From an uncultured Acidobacteriota bacterium (GTDB taxonomy: Bacteria > Acidobacteriota > Polarisedimenticolia > J045): a stretch of DNA of 64,000 nt. This document shows positions 27,489-37,493 of this stretch, in pieces. Positions within the stretch are counted from its first letter, which is position 1; each line of letters begins with the position of its first letter. The notes below the pieces were generated by a model. The model was not told the DNA's origin and ran no database searches. It saw only the letters and a list, made by a program, of their open reading frames with translations. The translations under genes and the position numbers were made by a program. The stretch is from contig CAVPCQ010000016.1 in NCBI GenBank assembly GCA_963702425.1, positions 52,073 to 116,072 of the forward strand, read 5' to 3'.

Positions 27489-30178
27489 CGAGCCGCGGAT
27501 TCTCCCTCGGGAAGGGGCGCCGGCGAAACCGGCTGATCGGAACCGCCGAGCAGGGCCGGGAGCAGCATCCGGGTCAGGCTGCGCCGTGCGCCGGCGACCG
27601 TGATCCGATCGGCCTCGCCGTAGGCGACGTCGAGCATCGGTCCGGTGTCGAGCGCCCCGAGCTGCGCCGTCGCCTCCTTGGGGAGAGGCATCGCGCCGAG
27701 CGCGTCGATCAACCGGCCGGTGTCGCGCCAGACGAAGGCCGAGACACTGGCGTGGCCGTCGCGCGGCAGCCGCGAGACGAAGGCCGGGGCGCCGGCGAGG
27801 GACACGCCGGCGCGCGCGTTGGCGAGCGCCTGCGCGAGGAGCGTGCGCTGGGAGGCAACGATCACGTAGCCGTCGGCGAAGGTGTAATGGATCTCCATCG
27901 TCGGCGGGGTCGTGCCGACCTGGTAGTAGGTGCGCCCGTTCTCTTCGGCGCTGGTCAGCACCGGGACCGGCCGCTGCGCCTCGGCCGCCTTGATCGCGGC
28001 GCGGGCCACGAGCTGCTCGATCGCATGCTGCAGCCGCGCCGGGTCGTAGACCTCGGCCGCCACCTTCCAGGCCGGCGTCGGGAAGACCGGGCCGTCGAGC
28101 GCGACCACGAACTCGCCGCCCAGCGGGACCAGCAGGTCCTCGCGGAGGTCGAGCCCGAGTTCGGCGCCGATCGAGCCCATCTTCTCCCGGACCGCGGAGG
28201 CCTGGTCGCCCAGCAGCGCGAACGACTCGTCGAGCATCACGGCCGGGTCCTTGACGACCGCCCCGGCGGCGAACGTCGCGTCCGGCGAGATGAAGCGCAG
28301 CGCGCCCATCGGCGAGGGCTCGTCCAGCCAGGCCAGAGCACCCTTGCGCGGGCCGTCGAAGATCAAGGTGGCGTGGAGCGTCGCGGCCTCTCCTTCGCCG
28401 TCGCCTTCGACGACGAGGAACTTCGCCCCGGCGAGACCGGACAGCGCGAAGGCCCGCTGCGCGTCCGCGCGAGCGGTCTCGCTCGCATCCGCCGGCACGC
28501 TGCGGGCGAGCAGCGTGGCGACGTCGATCCCACCCAGCCAGACCGCGCCGTCACGGTAGGCCGCAGCCAGCTCGGCGTGCAGCGAGGTTCCCCCGAAGCC
28601 GCCGCGTCCCGACGCGGCCGCGGTGGCGAGCGCCTCGAGCGCCGCGCGCCCAGTTGCCGCGAGCATCAGGTCGCCCTGCGTCATCAGGTAGAGCGCCGGA
28701 GGGCCGTGCGGCGTGTCGACGCCCGGGAGTGCGAAGGCGTCGACGGGGACGTCCGCCGGGCCGGCCACCAGCCGGAACGGCGCGCCGCCCTTCGCAGCGA
28801 GTGCGGTCACTTCCTGCTCGACCAGCGCCCGGAACGACGCCTCGTTCTTCAGCGTCGCCGCGATCGCCAGCCCGGCGAAGGGCCGTCCGTCGCCGGCAAG
28901 CGCCGCGATCGCCACCTCGTCGCCGAGCTCACCGCCAACCAGGCGGACCTTGTCGACCACCGCCGAAAGCTGGGCCTCCTGCTCCGCGCCCGCGTGCTCG
29001 CGCCACCAGGCGCCGAGCGTCTCGTTGCCGTGCGCGCGCTCGAGGAACATCCGCCAGGCCTCGTCGATTCGCCCGCTCAGGTTCGGGAGCGCGGCGAACA
29101 GGACCGCGTTCTGCGGCATCAGGTCCATCAGGCGCGTCGACGTCCGCGGGGCCGGACCGGGCAACCGGTCGATCTCCTGCGCCAGCGCCTGCAGCTCGGC
29201 GAGCAGCGCCCGGTGCTTGTCGGCATGGCGCGACCAGCCGATCTCGTCCTCGAGCGTGGTCCCGAAGAGGGCCGGCGAGCTGGAGAACTGCTGGCCGGGC
29301 TTCAACAGCGCGCGCTCCGTGCCGTGATCGACCTCGACCGCGCCCTCCAGCACCGAGACCCGCGTCCCCTTCTCGCCGCTGACGACCGAGAAGACGGTCC
29401 CCTTGACCGCCACGCGGCTGTCGCTGGTCGTGACGTAGAGGTGACCCGAGCCCTGCTTGCTGGCCTCGACGATCACCTGGCCGCCGGCCAGCGCGAGGTC
29501 CGTTCCGTCGGCCGCGCGCTGCAGCGTCAGCTCGGTGCGAGGCGCCAGCTCGATGCGCGAACCGTCGGCCAGGACGATCACAGCGCCGGTTTCCTTGCCG
29601 GTCCGCACCGTCTCGCCGTACGGGACCTTGGCGCCGCGCGCGATCGGCATCGCGCTGACGCGCCCGACGTTGAGCAGCAGGCCGTCCAGTTCCGCGACCG
29701 TGGCGCTGTTCGGAACCAGCCCGATCCAGCCCGGCTGCAGCAGCCAGGTGCCGGCGCCAACGGCGACGAGCACGGCGGCGGCGGCGGCCCAGGCCCAGGC
29801 GCGCGAGCGGCGCGAGGCCGGCGCGGCCGCGACGGTCCGCCGCCGGTCGGTGACGGCCGGTGCCCCGGTGCGCACGCGCTTGTGCGCGGCGCGGCAGGTC
29901 ACGCACCCCTTCAGGTGCTCGTCGACGATCAGCGCACGGTCGCGGGCGAGCGTCCCGTCGTGACGCGCCGGGAGCAGCGCCTGGATCTCCGTGCACCCGA
30001 GCAGCGGGTGTTCGGCACCGCGGCCGCCCGCGGGCATGGCGGCGCGCTCGCCGGCCAGCGCGTCACCGACCCGCCGAGCGGCGGAGGCGACCTCGGCCTC
30101 GGACAGCGACTCCGCGCGCACGGCGCGCGCGGCCTCGTCGATCAGGGCGTCGAACTTGTCGTCGTGAGGGGCGTTCAT
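27485..30178 (-). CDS. anti-sigma factor: zf-HC2 + TM + FecR domain + large uncharacterised periplasmic domain
   Basis: Start at Met 66 of the ORF (MNAPHDD...), overlapping the sigma-factor stop (ATGA). HLKGCVTC zinc-finger motif, TM segment [17 protein letters not shown], and FecR-like [14 protein letters not shown]...VKGTVFSV...VLEGAVEV. Confidence 0.75.
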   Translation of the reverse strand: MNAPHDDKFDALIDEAARAVRAESLSEAEVASAARRVGDALAGERAAMPAGGRGAEHPLLGCTEIQALLPARHDGTLARDRALIVDEHLKGCVTCRAAHKRVRTGAPAVTDRRRTVAAAPASRRSRAWAWAAAAAVLVAVGAGTWLLQPGWIGLVPNSATVAELDGLLLNVGRVSAMPIARGAKVPYGETVRTGKETGAVIVLADGSRIELAPRTELTLQRAADGTDLALAGGQVIVEASKQGSGHLYVTTSDSRVAVKGTVFSVVSGEKGTRVSVLEGAVEVDHGTERALLKPGQQFSSSPALFGTTLEDEIGWSRHADKHRALLAELQALAQEIDRLPGPAPRTSTRLMDLMPQNAVLFAALPNLSGRIDEAWRMFLERAHGNETLGAWWREHAGAEQEAQLSAVVDKVRLVGGELGDEVAIAALAGDGRPFAGLAIAATLKNEASFRALVEQEVTALAAKGGAPFRLVAGPADVPVDAFALPGVDTPHGPPALYLMTQGDLMLAATGRAALEALATAAASGRGGFGGTSLHAELAAAYRDGAVWLGGIDVATLLARSVPADASETARADAQRAFALSGLAGAKFLVVEGDGEGEAATLHATLIFDGPRKGALAWLDEPSPMGALRFISPDATFAAGAVVKDPAVMLDESFALLGDQASAVREKMGSIGAELGLDLREDLLVPLGGEFVVALDGPVFPTPAWKVAAEVYDPARLQHAIEQLVARAAIKAAEAQRPVPVLTSAEENGRTYYQVGTTPPTMEIHYTFADGYVIVASQRTLLAQALANARAGVSLAGAPAFVSRLPRDGHASVSAFVWRDTGRLIDALGAMPLPKEATAQLGALDTGPMLDVAYGEADRITVAGARRSLTRMLLPALLGGSDQPVSPAPLPEGESAAR

Positions 30179-30753
30179 GGCGTTTCTCCCGGGCGCGGCC
30201 CCGCGATCTCCTCGCGAAGCTGGCGCCGTGCGCGGTGCAGCAGGACGGCGACGTTGTTGCGCGTCGTCCCCATCGCCTCCGCGATCTCCTGGTGCTCCTT
30301 GCCCTCGAGAAAATGCAGCGCGAACGCTTCCGCCGCCTGGGGCGGCAGCCGCGTCAGCGCGGAGCGCAGCCACGCCGCCAGCATGCGGCGGCGGTGCCCG
30401 GCATCGGGCGGCTCCCCCGCCTCGTCCGCCACCAGCGACTCGATCTCGTCCAGCGGCGTCTCGGCCTCGCGCCGCCGCCGGCGGGCGAGATCGAGCGCCG
30501 CGTTGACCCCGGCCCGCTGCAGGTAGGCGCCGGCCTGCTCGGGGGCTACCGGAAGCGTGTCTTGCCGGCGGGCCAGCCTCAGGAACACGGCCTGCAGCGC
30601 ATCCTCCGCGTCGGCGGCGTTGCCGGTGACACGGTAGGCGGCCTGCAGGACCCGGGCGTGGTGGGCGCGGAAGACCGCCTCGAGGTCGGGGGGCGAGATC
30701 GTCAGCGGGTGGGCGGCAGTCACGGGGATCTCCTCGTTGGGGCCTCCACTCAT
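30175..30753 (-). CDS. ECF-type RNA polymerase sigma-70 factor
   Basis: Region 2 (FRAHHARVLQAAYRVTGNAADAEDALQAVFLRL) and region 4 (FLEGKEHQEIAEAMGTTRNNVAVLLHRARRQLRE). Confidence 0.85.
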   Translation of the reverse strand: MSGGPNEEIPVTAAHPLTISPPDLEAVFRAHHARVLQAAYRVTGNAADAEDALQAVFLRLARRQDTLPVAPEQAGAYLQRAGVNAALDLARRRRREAETPLDEIESLVADEAGEPPDAGHRRRMLAAWLRSALTRLPPQAAEAFALHFLEGKEHQEIAEAMGTTRNNVAVLLHRARRQLREEIAGPRPGETP

Positions 30754-30873
30754 CGAAACGCTCCCTCGGGGGTCATCATTACACCGGCCGGAGCGCGGGG
30801 GGCGCGGCGGCCGTGAACGGCCGCGGCGCAGGGGCGAACGGTCGGTGGCCGGGTGGCGCGCGGAGGCCGGCCG

Positions 30874-31650
30874 CTACGGGCCCGCGGCGACCTCCCTGAA
30901 GGAGCGCTCGAACACGGCCCGTACGGCGTCGAAGAAGGCGCGCTCGTCGGCGTAGTCCCGCGGCTCGAGCGGCGGCTCCACCCGGTAGGGGACGGTCACG
31001 CCCCGCCGAACCGCAAGCTGCTTCTCGTTGAGGACGGACTCGGTGTGCGCGGTCATCACGATCTGCACCGGCATCCCGCGACGGAAGGCGTAGCGAACCA
31101 TCCCCGCCTTCAGCGGCTGCGGCCGGTCGCCCTGGCTGCGGTGCCCCTCGGCGTAGACGATCAGCCCGTCGAGCGGGCAACGCTCGAACTCGCGATCGAG
31201 CCAGCGGTAGAACGCCTCGCGGGTGTGCGCGCGGTCGCGGCGGAAGAACCAGACGGAGCGATCGAGGTGAGCCAGGACCCAGAAGACCGGGAAGATCCCC
31301 GCGACGAGGACGCGAGAAAGCGTCGCGGCCCGCCCCTCGAGGATCTCCTTGTGGACGAAGAAGTCGGCGACGCTGCGGTGCGGGCAGATCCAGAGGCAGG
31401 GCCCGCCGGACAGGACCGGCGCGGAACGCTCGTCCCGGCTGAGCCGCACGTCGTAGCGCCGCAGCAGCAGCCGGCACCACTCGCGCGTCACTCTCTCGCG
31501 GACCCGCGGGCGGCGAAGCCCGTGCGACAGCAGGGCGCGCACCGGGTAGACGTACCCCAGCACCAGCACCTCGCGGATCGCAATCAGCCGGCCGCTGCGC
31601 GCGCTGGCCGCTCCTGGTCGCGCGCGCTCGGGCGCGGGACGGTCGGTCAC
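30874..31650 (-). CDS. lysophospholipid / 1-acyl-glycerol-3-phosphate acyltransferase family protein
   Basis: H(X)4D motif CPHRSVADFF and a YAEGHRS block. Confidence 0.7.
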   Translation of the reverse strand: MTDRPAPERARPGAASARSGRLIAIREVLVLGYVYPVRALLSHGLRRPRVRERVTREWCRLLLRRYDVRLSRDERSAPVLSGGPCLWICPHRSVADFFVHKEILEGRAATLSRVLVAGIFPVFWVLAHLDRSVWFFRRDRAHTREAFYRWLDREFERCPLDGLIVYAEGHRSQGDRPQPLKAGMVRYAFRRGMPVQIVMTAHTESVLNEKQLAVRRGVTVPYRVEPPLEPRDYADERAFFDAVRAVFERSFREVAAGP

Positions 31651-31723
31651 GGGTTTCGCTCCCCAGCCAGTCTACCTTGGCACCGCGGGGCTTCGGGACA
31701 GGGGATTTCTTCTTTGACGGGCC

Positions 31724-31783
31724 GCGTTCGCACCTGTAGCCTAGTGGGGTTCAATGAATCCCCCGGCAAGAGCGGGCGCGCCA
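31724..31783 (+). other. degenerate tRNA-like remnant (acceptor stem, D-arm-like and T-arm-like pieces, CCA; no anticodon arm)
   Basis: GCGTTCG...TGTAGCCTAGTGG GGTTCAATGAATCCCC...CGGGCGC-G-CCA. The 5' and 3' heptamers pair (with 2 G-U). 13 nt (CGGGCGCGCCATC) are identical to the 3' end of tRNA-Arg at 37344-37356. Confidence 0.3.
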
Positions 31784-32026
31784 TCGTCGCCTCTGACGGT
31801 TGCTCCCGCGGGTTCGGTTGCCGTCCGGCGACCGAAGGCCAAGAGGAGAGGGTCGGGCCGCCCTCTCCCCAACGCGCGTGGCGCTGCCACTTCGCCATCC
31901 GGCGCGGGATCCCCGCCCGCTCCACGGCACGCCTCGCCAGCGATCGCGCTCCTCCACGTCGCGGCCTGTTCCCGTTTCGGAGCTGCCGCTTCGCACGGCG
32001 CGCGGTCGCGCCCGGAGGACCGGATC

Positions 32027-33487
32027 ATGGAAGAAGTTTCGCGGTTTGGGCCGCCTGAGTCTCTCGTCGTGCTCTCGAACCGTCTGCCCTACAACCTCCC
32101 CGCGGCGCGGGAAGGAGGCACTCCGCGGCGCAACGTCGGCGGGCTGGTCAACGCCGTCGAACCGGCGCTCGCCGCGCGCGGCGGACTCTGGGTCGGCTGG
32201 GACGGCTCCGTGCTGCCGAATCTGGCGGCGATCGAGACCGCCCTCGCCGAGCCGAGGCGGTGGACCTCCCCCGCCGGCGTCGGGTTCGTCGGGGTGCCGA
32301 TCTCCGAGCGCGAGCTGGCGCGCTTCTACCACGGCTTCTGCAACGCGGCGCTCTGGCCGCTGTTCCACGACTTCATCGGGAAGGTCCGCTACCTGCCCGA
32401 AGAATTCGCGCTCTACGAGCGGGTCAACCGCAGGATGGCCGAGGTGGCGCTCGCCCAGGCCGGCCCGGACGCCCGGATCTGGGTCCACGACTTTCACCTG
32501 ATGCTGGTGCCGGCGATCCTGCGCGAGCTCGGCTTCCGCGGCCTGATCAACTTCTTCCTGCACACCCCCTTCCCGCCGGGAGAGATCTTCCGCACGCTGC
32601 CGTGGCGCGACCGGCTGCTCGCAGGGCTGCTCGCGGCCGACGGCATCGCCTTCCACCACGAGCGCTACCGCGAGAACTTCGTCCGGACGGCCCACGGCCT
32701 GGCCGCGCTCGACGTCGTGCCGTTGGGCGAGCAGATCGCGCTCGTCGGCGCTGCCGGAACGAGCCGGGCCTCGGTCTCGCCGATCGGGATCGACGTCGAG
32801 GACTTCGAGCGGCTGGCGGGAGCTCCCGCGGTCCTCGCGCGGGCGCACCGGATCCGCGCCGCGCACGGCGGGCGCCGCCTGCTCTTCGCCGCCGACCGTC
32901 TCGACTACACCAAGGGGATCCGCAAGCGCCTCTACGCGATCGAGCGCCTGTTAGACCTGCGTCCCGACCTCGTCGGCCGGGTCGACCTGGTGACCGTCGT
33001 CGTGCCGAGCCGGCACCAGGTCGAGGAGTACCGGGCGCTCAAGCGGGAGGTCGACCGCGAGGTCGGTCGGATCAACGGCGAGCGCGGCGAGGACGGCTGG
33101 CTGCCGATCCACTACCGCTACCGCGCGCTGGACCGGCGGGAGCTGGTCGCCCACTACCTTGCCGCGGACGTCGCGCTGGTGACGCCGCTGCGGGACGGCA
33201 TGAACCTGGTCGCGTCCGAGTTCGCGGCGGCCCGCGTCGATGGCGACGGCGCGCTCGTCCTGAGCGAATTCGCGGGCGCCTCGGACCGGCTGCCGGGGGC
33301 GCTCCTCGTGAACCCCTACGACGTCGACGGCGTCGCGGCGGCGATTGCGCGCGCGCTCGACATGGCTGAGGAAGAGCGGCGCGGACGGATGGCCCAGATG
33401 CGCCGCCGCGTGCGCGCGCTGACGGCGGTCTCCTGGGCCGATCACTGTCTGTCGGTCCCGCGGGGGTGCGCCGAGGGGGCCGCGTGA
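32027..33487 (+). CDS. otsA: alpha,alpha-trehalose-phosphate synthase (GT20)
   Basis: [10 protein letters not shown]...[11 protein letters not shown]...LWVGWDG...[11 protein letters not shown]...FFLHTPFP...[16 protein letters not shown]. Confidence 0.85.
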   Translation: MEEVSRFGPPESLVVLSNRLPYNLPAAREGGTPRRNVGGLVNAVEPALAARGGLWVGWDGSVLPNLAAIETALAEPRRWTSPAGVGFVGVPISERELARFYHGFCNAALWPLFHDFIGKVRYLPEEFALYERVNRRMAEVALAQAGPDARIWVHDFHLMLVPAILRELGFRGLINFFLHTPFPPGEIFRTLPWRDRLLAGLLAADGIAFHHERYRENFVRTAHGLAALDVVPLGEQIALVGAAGTSRASVSPIGIDVEDFERLAGAPAVLARAHRIRAAHGGRRLLFAADRLDYTKGIRKRLYAIERLLDLRPDLVGRVDLVTVVVPSRHQVEEYRALKREVDREVGRINGERGEDGWLPIHYRYRALDRRELVAHYLAADVALVTPLRDGMNLVASEFAAARVDGDGALVLSEFAGASDRLPGALLVNPYDVDGVAAAIARALDMAEEERRGRMAQMRRRVRALTAVSWADHCLSVPRGCAEGAA

Positions 33488-34296
33488 GCGGCGGCCGTCA
33501 GGATCCGGCGGCGCGCCTCGCCGGGCGGGCCCACGCGGCGGCGGGGCGACCGGGGGCCGTGCGCACGCTTCTGCTCGATCTCGACGGAACGCTGGCGCCG
33601 ATCGCGGCGCATCCCGCGCTGGCGCGCGTTGTCGAGCCCCCGCGTGACGCGATCCGCGCGCTGCGCCGGGCCGGCTGGCGGGTGGCCGTCGTCTCCGGGA
33701 GATCGCGCCGGGAGGCCGCCGCGCTGATCGAGATCCCGGGTCTTCCGGTCTTCGGGAGCCACGGGCTGGAAGGCCCGGCGGCCGCTGACGTCGCACCTGT
33801 CGATCGCCGCGTCGCCCAGCGCCTGGCCGCGATCGAGCGCGAGGTCCGCCGGCTGGCGGCCGGTACGCCGTCCGTGCTGATCGAGCGCAAGGCGGGTTCG
33901 GTCGCGTTCGGCGACCGCGCACTGCCTCGCGCGGACCGCGCGCACTGGCGTCGACGGCTCGCGGCGGCGCTCGAGCGTTGCGACCTCGCGGGGCTCGAGC
34001 TGCTGCGCGGCCGGTGCGTGATCGAGGTCCGGACGCCCCAGGCGACGAAGGCGCGCGCGTTGGGCGCGCTGGGCGTCGTGCTGCCGCGGAGCGTGCGCGA
34101 CGAGAGCCTCATCGCCGTCGGGGACGACCGGACCGACGAGGACCTCTTCTTCGCGCTCGCCGGCACGGGGCTCGGGATCCTCGTCGGGCGGCCCCGCCGG
34201 ACGCACGCCCGGGCCCGCCTCGCGTCGCCGGCGGCGGTCGGCCGGTTCCTCGCGCGCCTGGCCCAGCTCGCGTCGTCGCGGGAGGAAGTCCGGTGA
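33484..34296 (+). CDS. otsB: trehalose-phosphatase (HAD superfamily)
   Basis: LLLDLDGTLAPI motif. The GTG at 33484 overlaps the otsA stop (GTGA); the ORF is also open from GTG 33466. Confidence 0.75.
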   Translation: MSGGRQDPAARLAGRAHAAAGRPGAVRTLLLDLDGTLAPIAAHPALARVVEPPRDAIRALRRAGWRVAVVSGRSRREAAALIEIPGLPVFGSHGLEGPAAADVAPVDRRVAQRLAAIEREVRRLAAGTPSVLIERKAGSVAFGDRALPRADRAHWRRRLAAALERCDLAGLELLRGRCVIEVRTPQATKARALGALGVVLPRSVRDESLIAVGDDRTDEDLFFALAGTGLGILVGRPRRTHARARLASPAAVGRFLARLAQLASSREEVR

Positions 34297-34976
34297 GGCC
34301 GCTTCGCGACCGACGGGCAGGGGCTCCCTTCCGCTTCTGCGACTACGAAGGGCTCGCCATGCCGACCGGCCAACGGGCGTCGAACCTGCGCGAGCTGCTC
34401 GAGATCGTGCGCACCGCGCCGCTGGCCGTGCTGCATCACCACCTCTACCGGTCCCAGCTCCGGCATCGCTTCGGGGCGTGGGACTTCCCCAACGACTTGC
34501 GCTCGTGGGCCGCCGATGCCCTTGAGGACCGTGCGCTCGCCGAGAAGCTCTCCGCGCTCGATCCCTTCGCGCACGCCGATCTCGAATCGGCGAGAAGCGC
34601 GCTGGCCGACGTGATGGAAGACCACCTCGACGGCCTCGCCTTCGTCCCGTGGGCCCGCCCGGGCGCCGAGTTCCACCTCTCCAGCGGGCACTACTTCGCG
34701 CTGCCGGGCGACCGCGAGGCGTGGACGCTCGGGGAGCTGCGGCACCACCTGGCCGAGGCAACGCTCAACTCGCTCTACTACCACTTCCACGAGGCGCGGC
34801 TGCGCGGGCCGGGCGACGACAGCGACGATTTCTCGCGCTGGATCGAGGGGCAGTTCGGTCACCTCCCGCTCGTGGACGCCTTCCGGCGGATCGACTTCTT
34901 CTTCTACGGTCTCGAGGAGCTGCGGGCCCGGCTGATCGGCCTGCTCGACCAGGCGCTGGCGGAGGACGCTGCATGA
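34293..34976 (+). CDS. conserved hypothetical protein of the trehalose cluster (DUF5752-like, from memory only)
   Basis: The GTG start overlaps the otsB stop and the stop overlaps the treT start. Sequence NLRELLEIVRTAPLAVLHHHLY...SLYYHFHEARL. No catalytic motif recognised. Confidence 0.5.
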   Translation: MRPLRDRRAGAPFRFCDYEGLAMPTGQRASNLRELLEIVRTAPLAVLHHHLYRSQLRHRFGAWDFPNDLRSWAADALEDRALAEKLSALDPFAHADLESARSALADVMEDHLDGLAFVPWARPGAEFHLSSGHYFALPGDREAWTLGELRHHLAEATLNSLYYHFHEARLRGPGDDSDDFSRWIEGQFGHLPLVDAFRRIDFFFYGLEELRARLIGLLDQALAEDAA

Positions 34977-36184
34977 GCGCGCCGCGGCTGGACGACTACG
35001 CCGCGATCGTGGGGGTCGAGCGGATCGCGGTGCTGCGCCGGATGGCGCGGCGGCTGGAGGGGCTCTCGGTCGCGATGGTCAACTCGACCCGCGTCGGGGG
35101 CGGGGTCGCCGAGATTCTCACCCGCCAGGTCCCGCTCCTGAACGAACTCGGCATCCGGGTGCGGTGGGAGGTGATCGAGGGGACGCCGGAGTTCTTCGAC
35201 GCCACCAAGGCGATGCACAACGCCCTCCAGGGGACGCCGGCCGAGCTGACGCCGGCCCGCCGGGAAGCCTACGTCGCGACCAACCGGCGCAACGCCGGGC
35301 GTCTCGACCTGGAGGCGGACGTCGTGGTCGTGCACGACCCGCAGCCGGCGGCCCTGGTTGAGTTCGCGAGGACCCCGGTGCCGTGGGTGTGGCGCTGCCA
35401 CATCGACGCGGCGCGGCCCAACCGTGCCTGGTGGTCGTTCCTGCGGCCGTTCGTCGCGCGCTTCGACGCCAGCGTCTTCTCGATGGCTGCTTTCGCCCGG
35501 AACCTGCCCCACCCCCAGTACCTGATTCAGCCCGCGATCGATCCGCTCGCGCCCAAGAACGCGCCGATGAAGCCGCAGGAGGTCGACCAAGTGCTGGCGC
35601 GCTTCGGGCTCGACCGCTCGCGGCCGCTGATCGTGCAGGTCTCCCGCTTCGACCGCTTCAAGGACCCGCTCGGGGTCATCGCTGCCTTCCGCCTCGTGCG
35701 ACGCCGCGACGACGCACGGCTGGTGCTGGCGGGCGGCTCCGCGGACGACGATCCGGAGGGGACGGAGGTCCTCCGCCAGGTCCGCGAGTCAGCGGGGGGC
35801 GATCCGGACATCCAGGTGCTCAGCCTGCCGCCGGACAGCCACCGCGAAATCAACGCGCTGCAGCGGGCCGCGACCGTGGTGGTGCAGAAGTCGCTGCGCG
35901 AAGGGTTCGGACTGACGGTCACGGAAGGGTTGTGGAAGGGACGACCGGTGCTCGGCGGCGCGGCGGGCGGGATCGTGGTGCAGGTGATCGACCACCAGAC
36001 CGGGTTCCTCGTGCACTCGGTCGAGGGGTTGGCCTACCGCCTGCGCTACCTCCTGAACCGCCCCCAGCTCGCCGACGAGATCGGCGCCCGCGGGCGCGAG
36101 TTCGTGCGCCACCACTTCCTGCTGACCCGGCACCTGCGCGACTGGCTCACGCTCCTGCTGGCGGTAACGAGGCGAGACGCCTAG
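34973..36184 (+). CDS. treT: trehalose glycosyltransferring synthase-like GT4 glycosyltransferase
   Basis: VNSTRVGGGVAEILTRQVPLLNELGIRVRWEVIEGTPEFFDATKAMHNALQG and QKSLREGFGLTVTEGLWKGRPV resemble archaeal and bacterial TreT. Confidence 0.75.
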   Translation: MSAPRLDDYAAIVGVERIAVLRRMARRLEGLSVAMVNSTRVGGGVAEILTRQVPLLNELGIRVRWEVIEGTPEFFDATKAMHNALQGTPAELTPARREAYVATNRRNAGRLDLEADVVVVHDPQPAALVEFARTPVPWVWRCHIDAARPNRAWWSFLRPFVARFDASVFSMAAFARNLPHPQYLIQPAIDPLAPKNAPMKPQEVDQVLARFGLDRSRPLIVQVSRFDRFKDPLGVIAAFRLVRRRDDARLVLAGGSADDDPEGTEVLRQVRESAGGDPDIQVLSLPPDSHREINALQRAATVVVQKSLREGFGLTVTEGLWKGRPVLGGAAGGIVVQVIDHQTGFLVHSVEGLAYRLRYLLNRPQLADEIGARGREFVRHHFLLTRHLRDWLTLLLAVTRRDA

Positions 36185-36564
36185 CCCCCTCCGCGCCAGG
36201 CTTCGACCACCGCCTCCCCCGCCTCCCGGAAGGCCCGCGACACCCCGCCGACGCCCAGCTTCACGCCGCCGAAGATCCGCGAGACGACGATCCCCCCTGC
36301 GAGATCGTGCCGGCGCAGGAGCTCGAGCAGCACGCGCCCGGGGTGCCCGACCTCGCCGTCGTCTTTCGCGCGCTCGACGATCGCGCCGTCCGGCCCCGGG
36401 GCGCGCCACGCCCAGCAGTGGTGGACCGCCTTGTGGAACTCCCTGCGCTGGCGCTTCAGCACCGCCTCCAGCGCCGCCTCATCGTCCGCCGGGAAGAGCA
36501 GCGCATGGAAGCGCGAGCGCTCGACCGTCGACTTGTGCGCAGCTTCGCGGGCGACCGGCGTCAC
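36181..36564 (-). CDS. IMPACT/YigZ family protein (N-terminal domain only)
   Basis: KSRFHALLFPADDE...HHCWAWR...DDGEVGHPGRVLLELL...GGIVVSRIFGGVKLGVGG. Confidence 0.7.
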   Translation of the reverse strand: MTPVAREAAHKSTVERSRFHALLFPADDEAALEAVLKRQRREFHKAVHHCWAWRAPGPDGAIVERAKDDGEVGHPGRVLLELLRRHDLAGGIVVSRIFGGVKLGVGGVSRAFREAGEAVVEAWRGGG

Positions 36565-37187
36565 CGCGGTCCCCCCAGGATCGCGGTCAGCCCCTCCGTG
36601 ACGTAGCGCACGCCCCAGGCGAGCGTGATCAGCCCGAGCGTCGTCGAAAGGACCTGGATCACCGTGCGGTTGACGACGCGCCGCACCAGGGATGCCGACA
36701 GGAACAGCGCGGCCGTCCCGGCCAGCACGATCCCCACCGCCAGCGCGGTGACCGGCCTCCCGTAGTCCTGCACCGAGACGATGATCGCCGTGATCGTCGC
36801 CGGGCCGGTCAGGAGGGGGGTCGCGATCACCGCCGCGACCGCCTGGGCCGAACGCTCCTGGCCGGGGGCCTCCGGCTCAAAGACGCCGCCGAGCGACATC
36901 TTGATCCCGAGGAGGCCGAGCACGATCCCGCCCGCCACGCGGAACTGGTCGACCGTCGTGTCGAACAGTGTCAGGAGCGCCGGCCCGGCGAGCAGCACCA
37001 CCAGGGAGAGCGCGGCCGCGACGAGCAGCCCCAGCAGCGCGGTGCGACGGCGCTGCGCCGCCGCCATCTCCTCGGTCAGCGCGAAGAAGACGGCGAAGCT
37101 GGCCAGCGGGTCGAAGATCACGAAGAAGAGCACGACCAGCTGCGGCAGGTGCGTCAGGTCGGCCATCGAGCGCCGCTCCTTCCCCAA
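36561..37187 (-). CDS. MarC family (UPF0056) membrane protein
   Basis: LVVLFFVIFDPLASFAVFFALT motif and 6 TM segments. The real start may be the Met at 37166. Confidence 0.75.
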   Translation of the reverse strand: MGKERRSMADLTHLPQLVVLFFVIFDPLASFAVFFALTEEMAAAQRRRTALLGLLVAAALSLVVLLAGPALLTLFDTTVDQFRVAGGIVLGLLGIKMSLGGVFEPEAPGQERSAQAVAAVIATPLLTGPATITAIIVSVQDYGRPVTALAVGIVLAGTAALFLSASLVRRVVNRTVIQVLSTTLGLITLAWGVRYVTEGLTAILGGPR

Positions 37188-37278
37188 GGGGCGGCTCCAT
37201 TATCGGACGACCGGGGGCTCCGGCTGGCGGGGCGCGCGCGCCGGCCGTTCTCGCGCGACAATGGAGTCGCCACCTCGC

Positions 37279-37354
37279 GCGCCCGTAGCTCAACGGATAG
37301 AGCATCGGCCTTCGGAGCCGGTGGTTGGGGGTTCGAATCCCTCCGGGCGCGCCA
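37279..37354 (+). tRNA. tRNA-Arg (anticodon TCG), CCA encoded
   Basis: Manual cloverleaf: acceptor GCGCCCG/CGGGCGC, D arm GCTC-AACGGATA-GAGC, anticodon arm TCGGC-CTTCGGA-GCCGG, variable TGGTT, T arm GGGGG-TTCGAAT-CCCTC, discriminator G, CCA. Confidence 0.9.
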
Positions 37355-37440
37355 TCCCCGGCCGCGGCAGCGCACTCCCCGCCGGCAGCGCGGCGGAGTA
37401 GTGGTGCCTGGAGCGGTTACGGGAGGGGGGGGCCGATCTC

Positions 37441-37483
37441 AGAAGAAAGCCCCGGCCGGAGCGGCGATCGCTCCGGCCGGGGC
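37441..37483 (-). terminator. rho-independent terminator of the Cys-rich protein gene
   Basis: Perfect 15-bp GC stem (37449-37463 / 37469-37483) with a 5-nt loop. On the minus strand it is followed by UUUCUUCU, 10 nt after the stop codon. Confidence 0.7.
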
Positions 37484-37493
37484 GCATCGAACG

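Noticed and set aside
31754-32026. The 91-codon N-terminal extension of otsA offered by the ORF track.
   Set aside because: The extension is low complexity with no similarity to the OtsA N-terminus. [22 protein letters not shown] at 32027 is the natural start.
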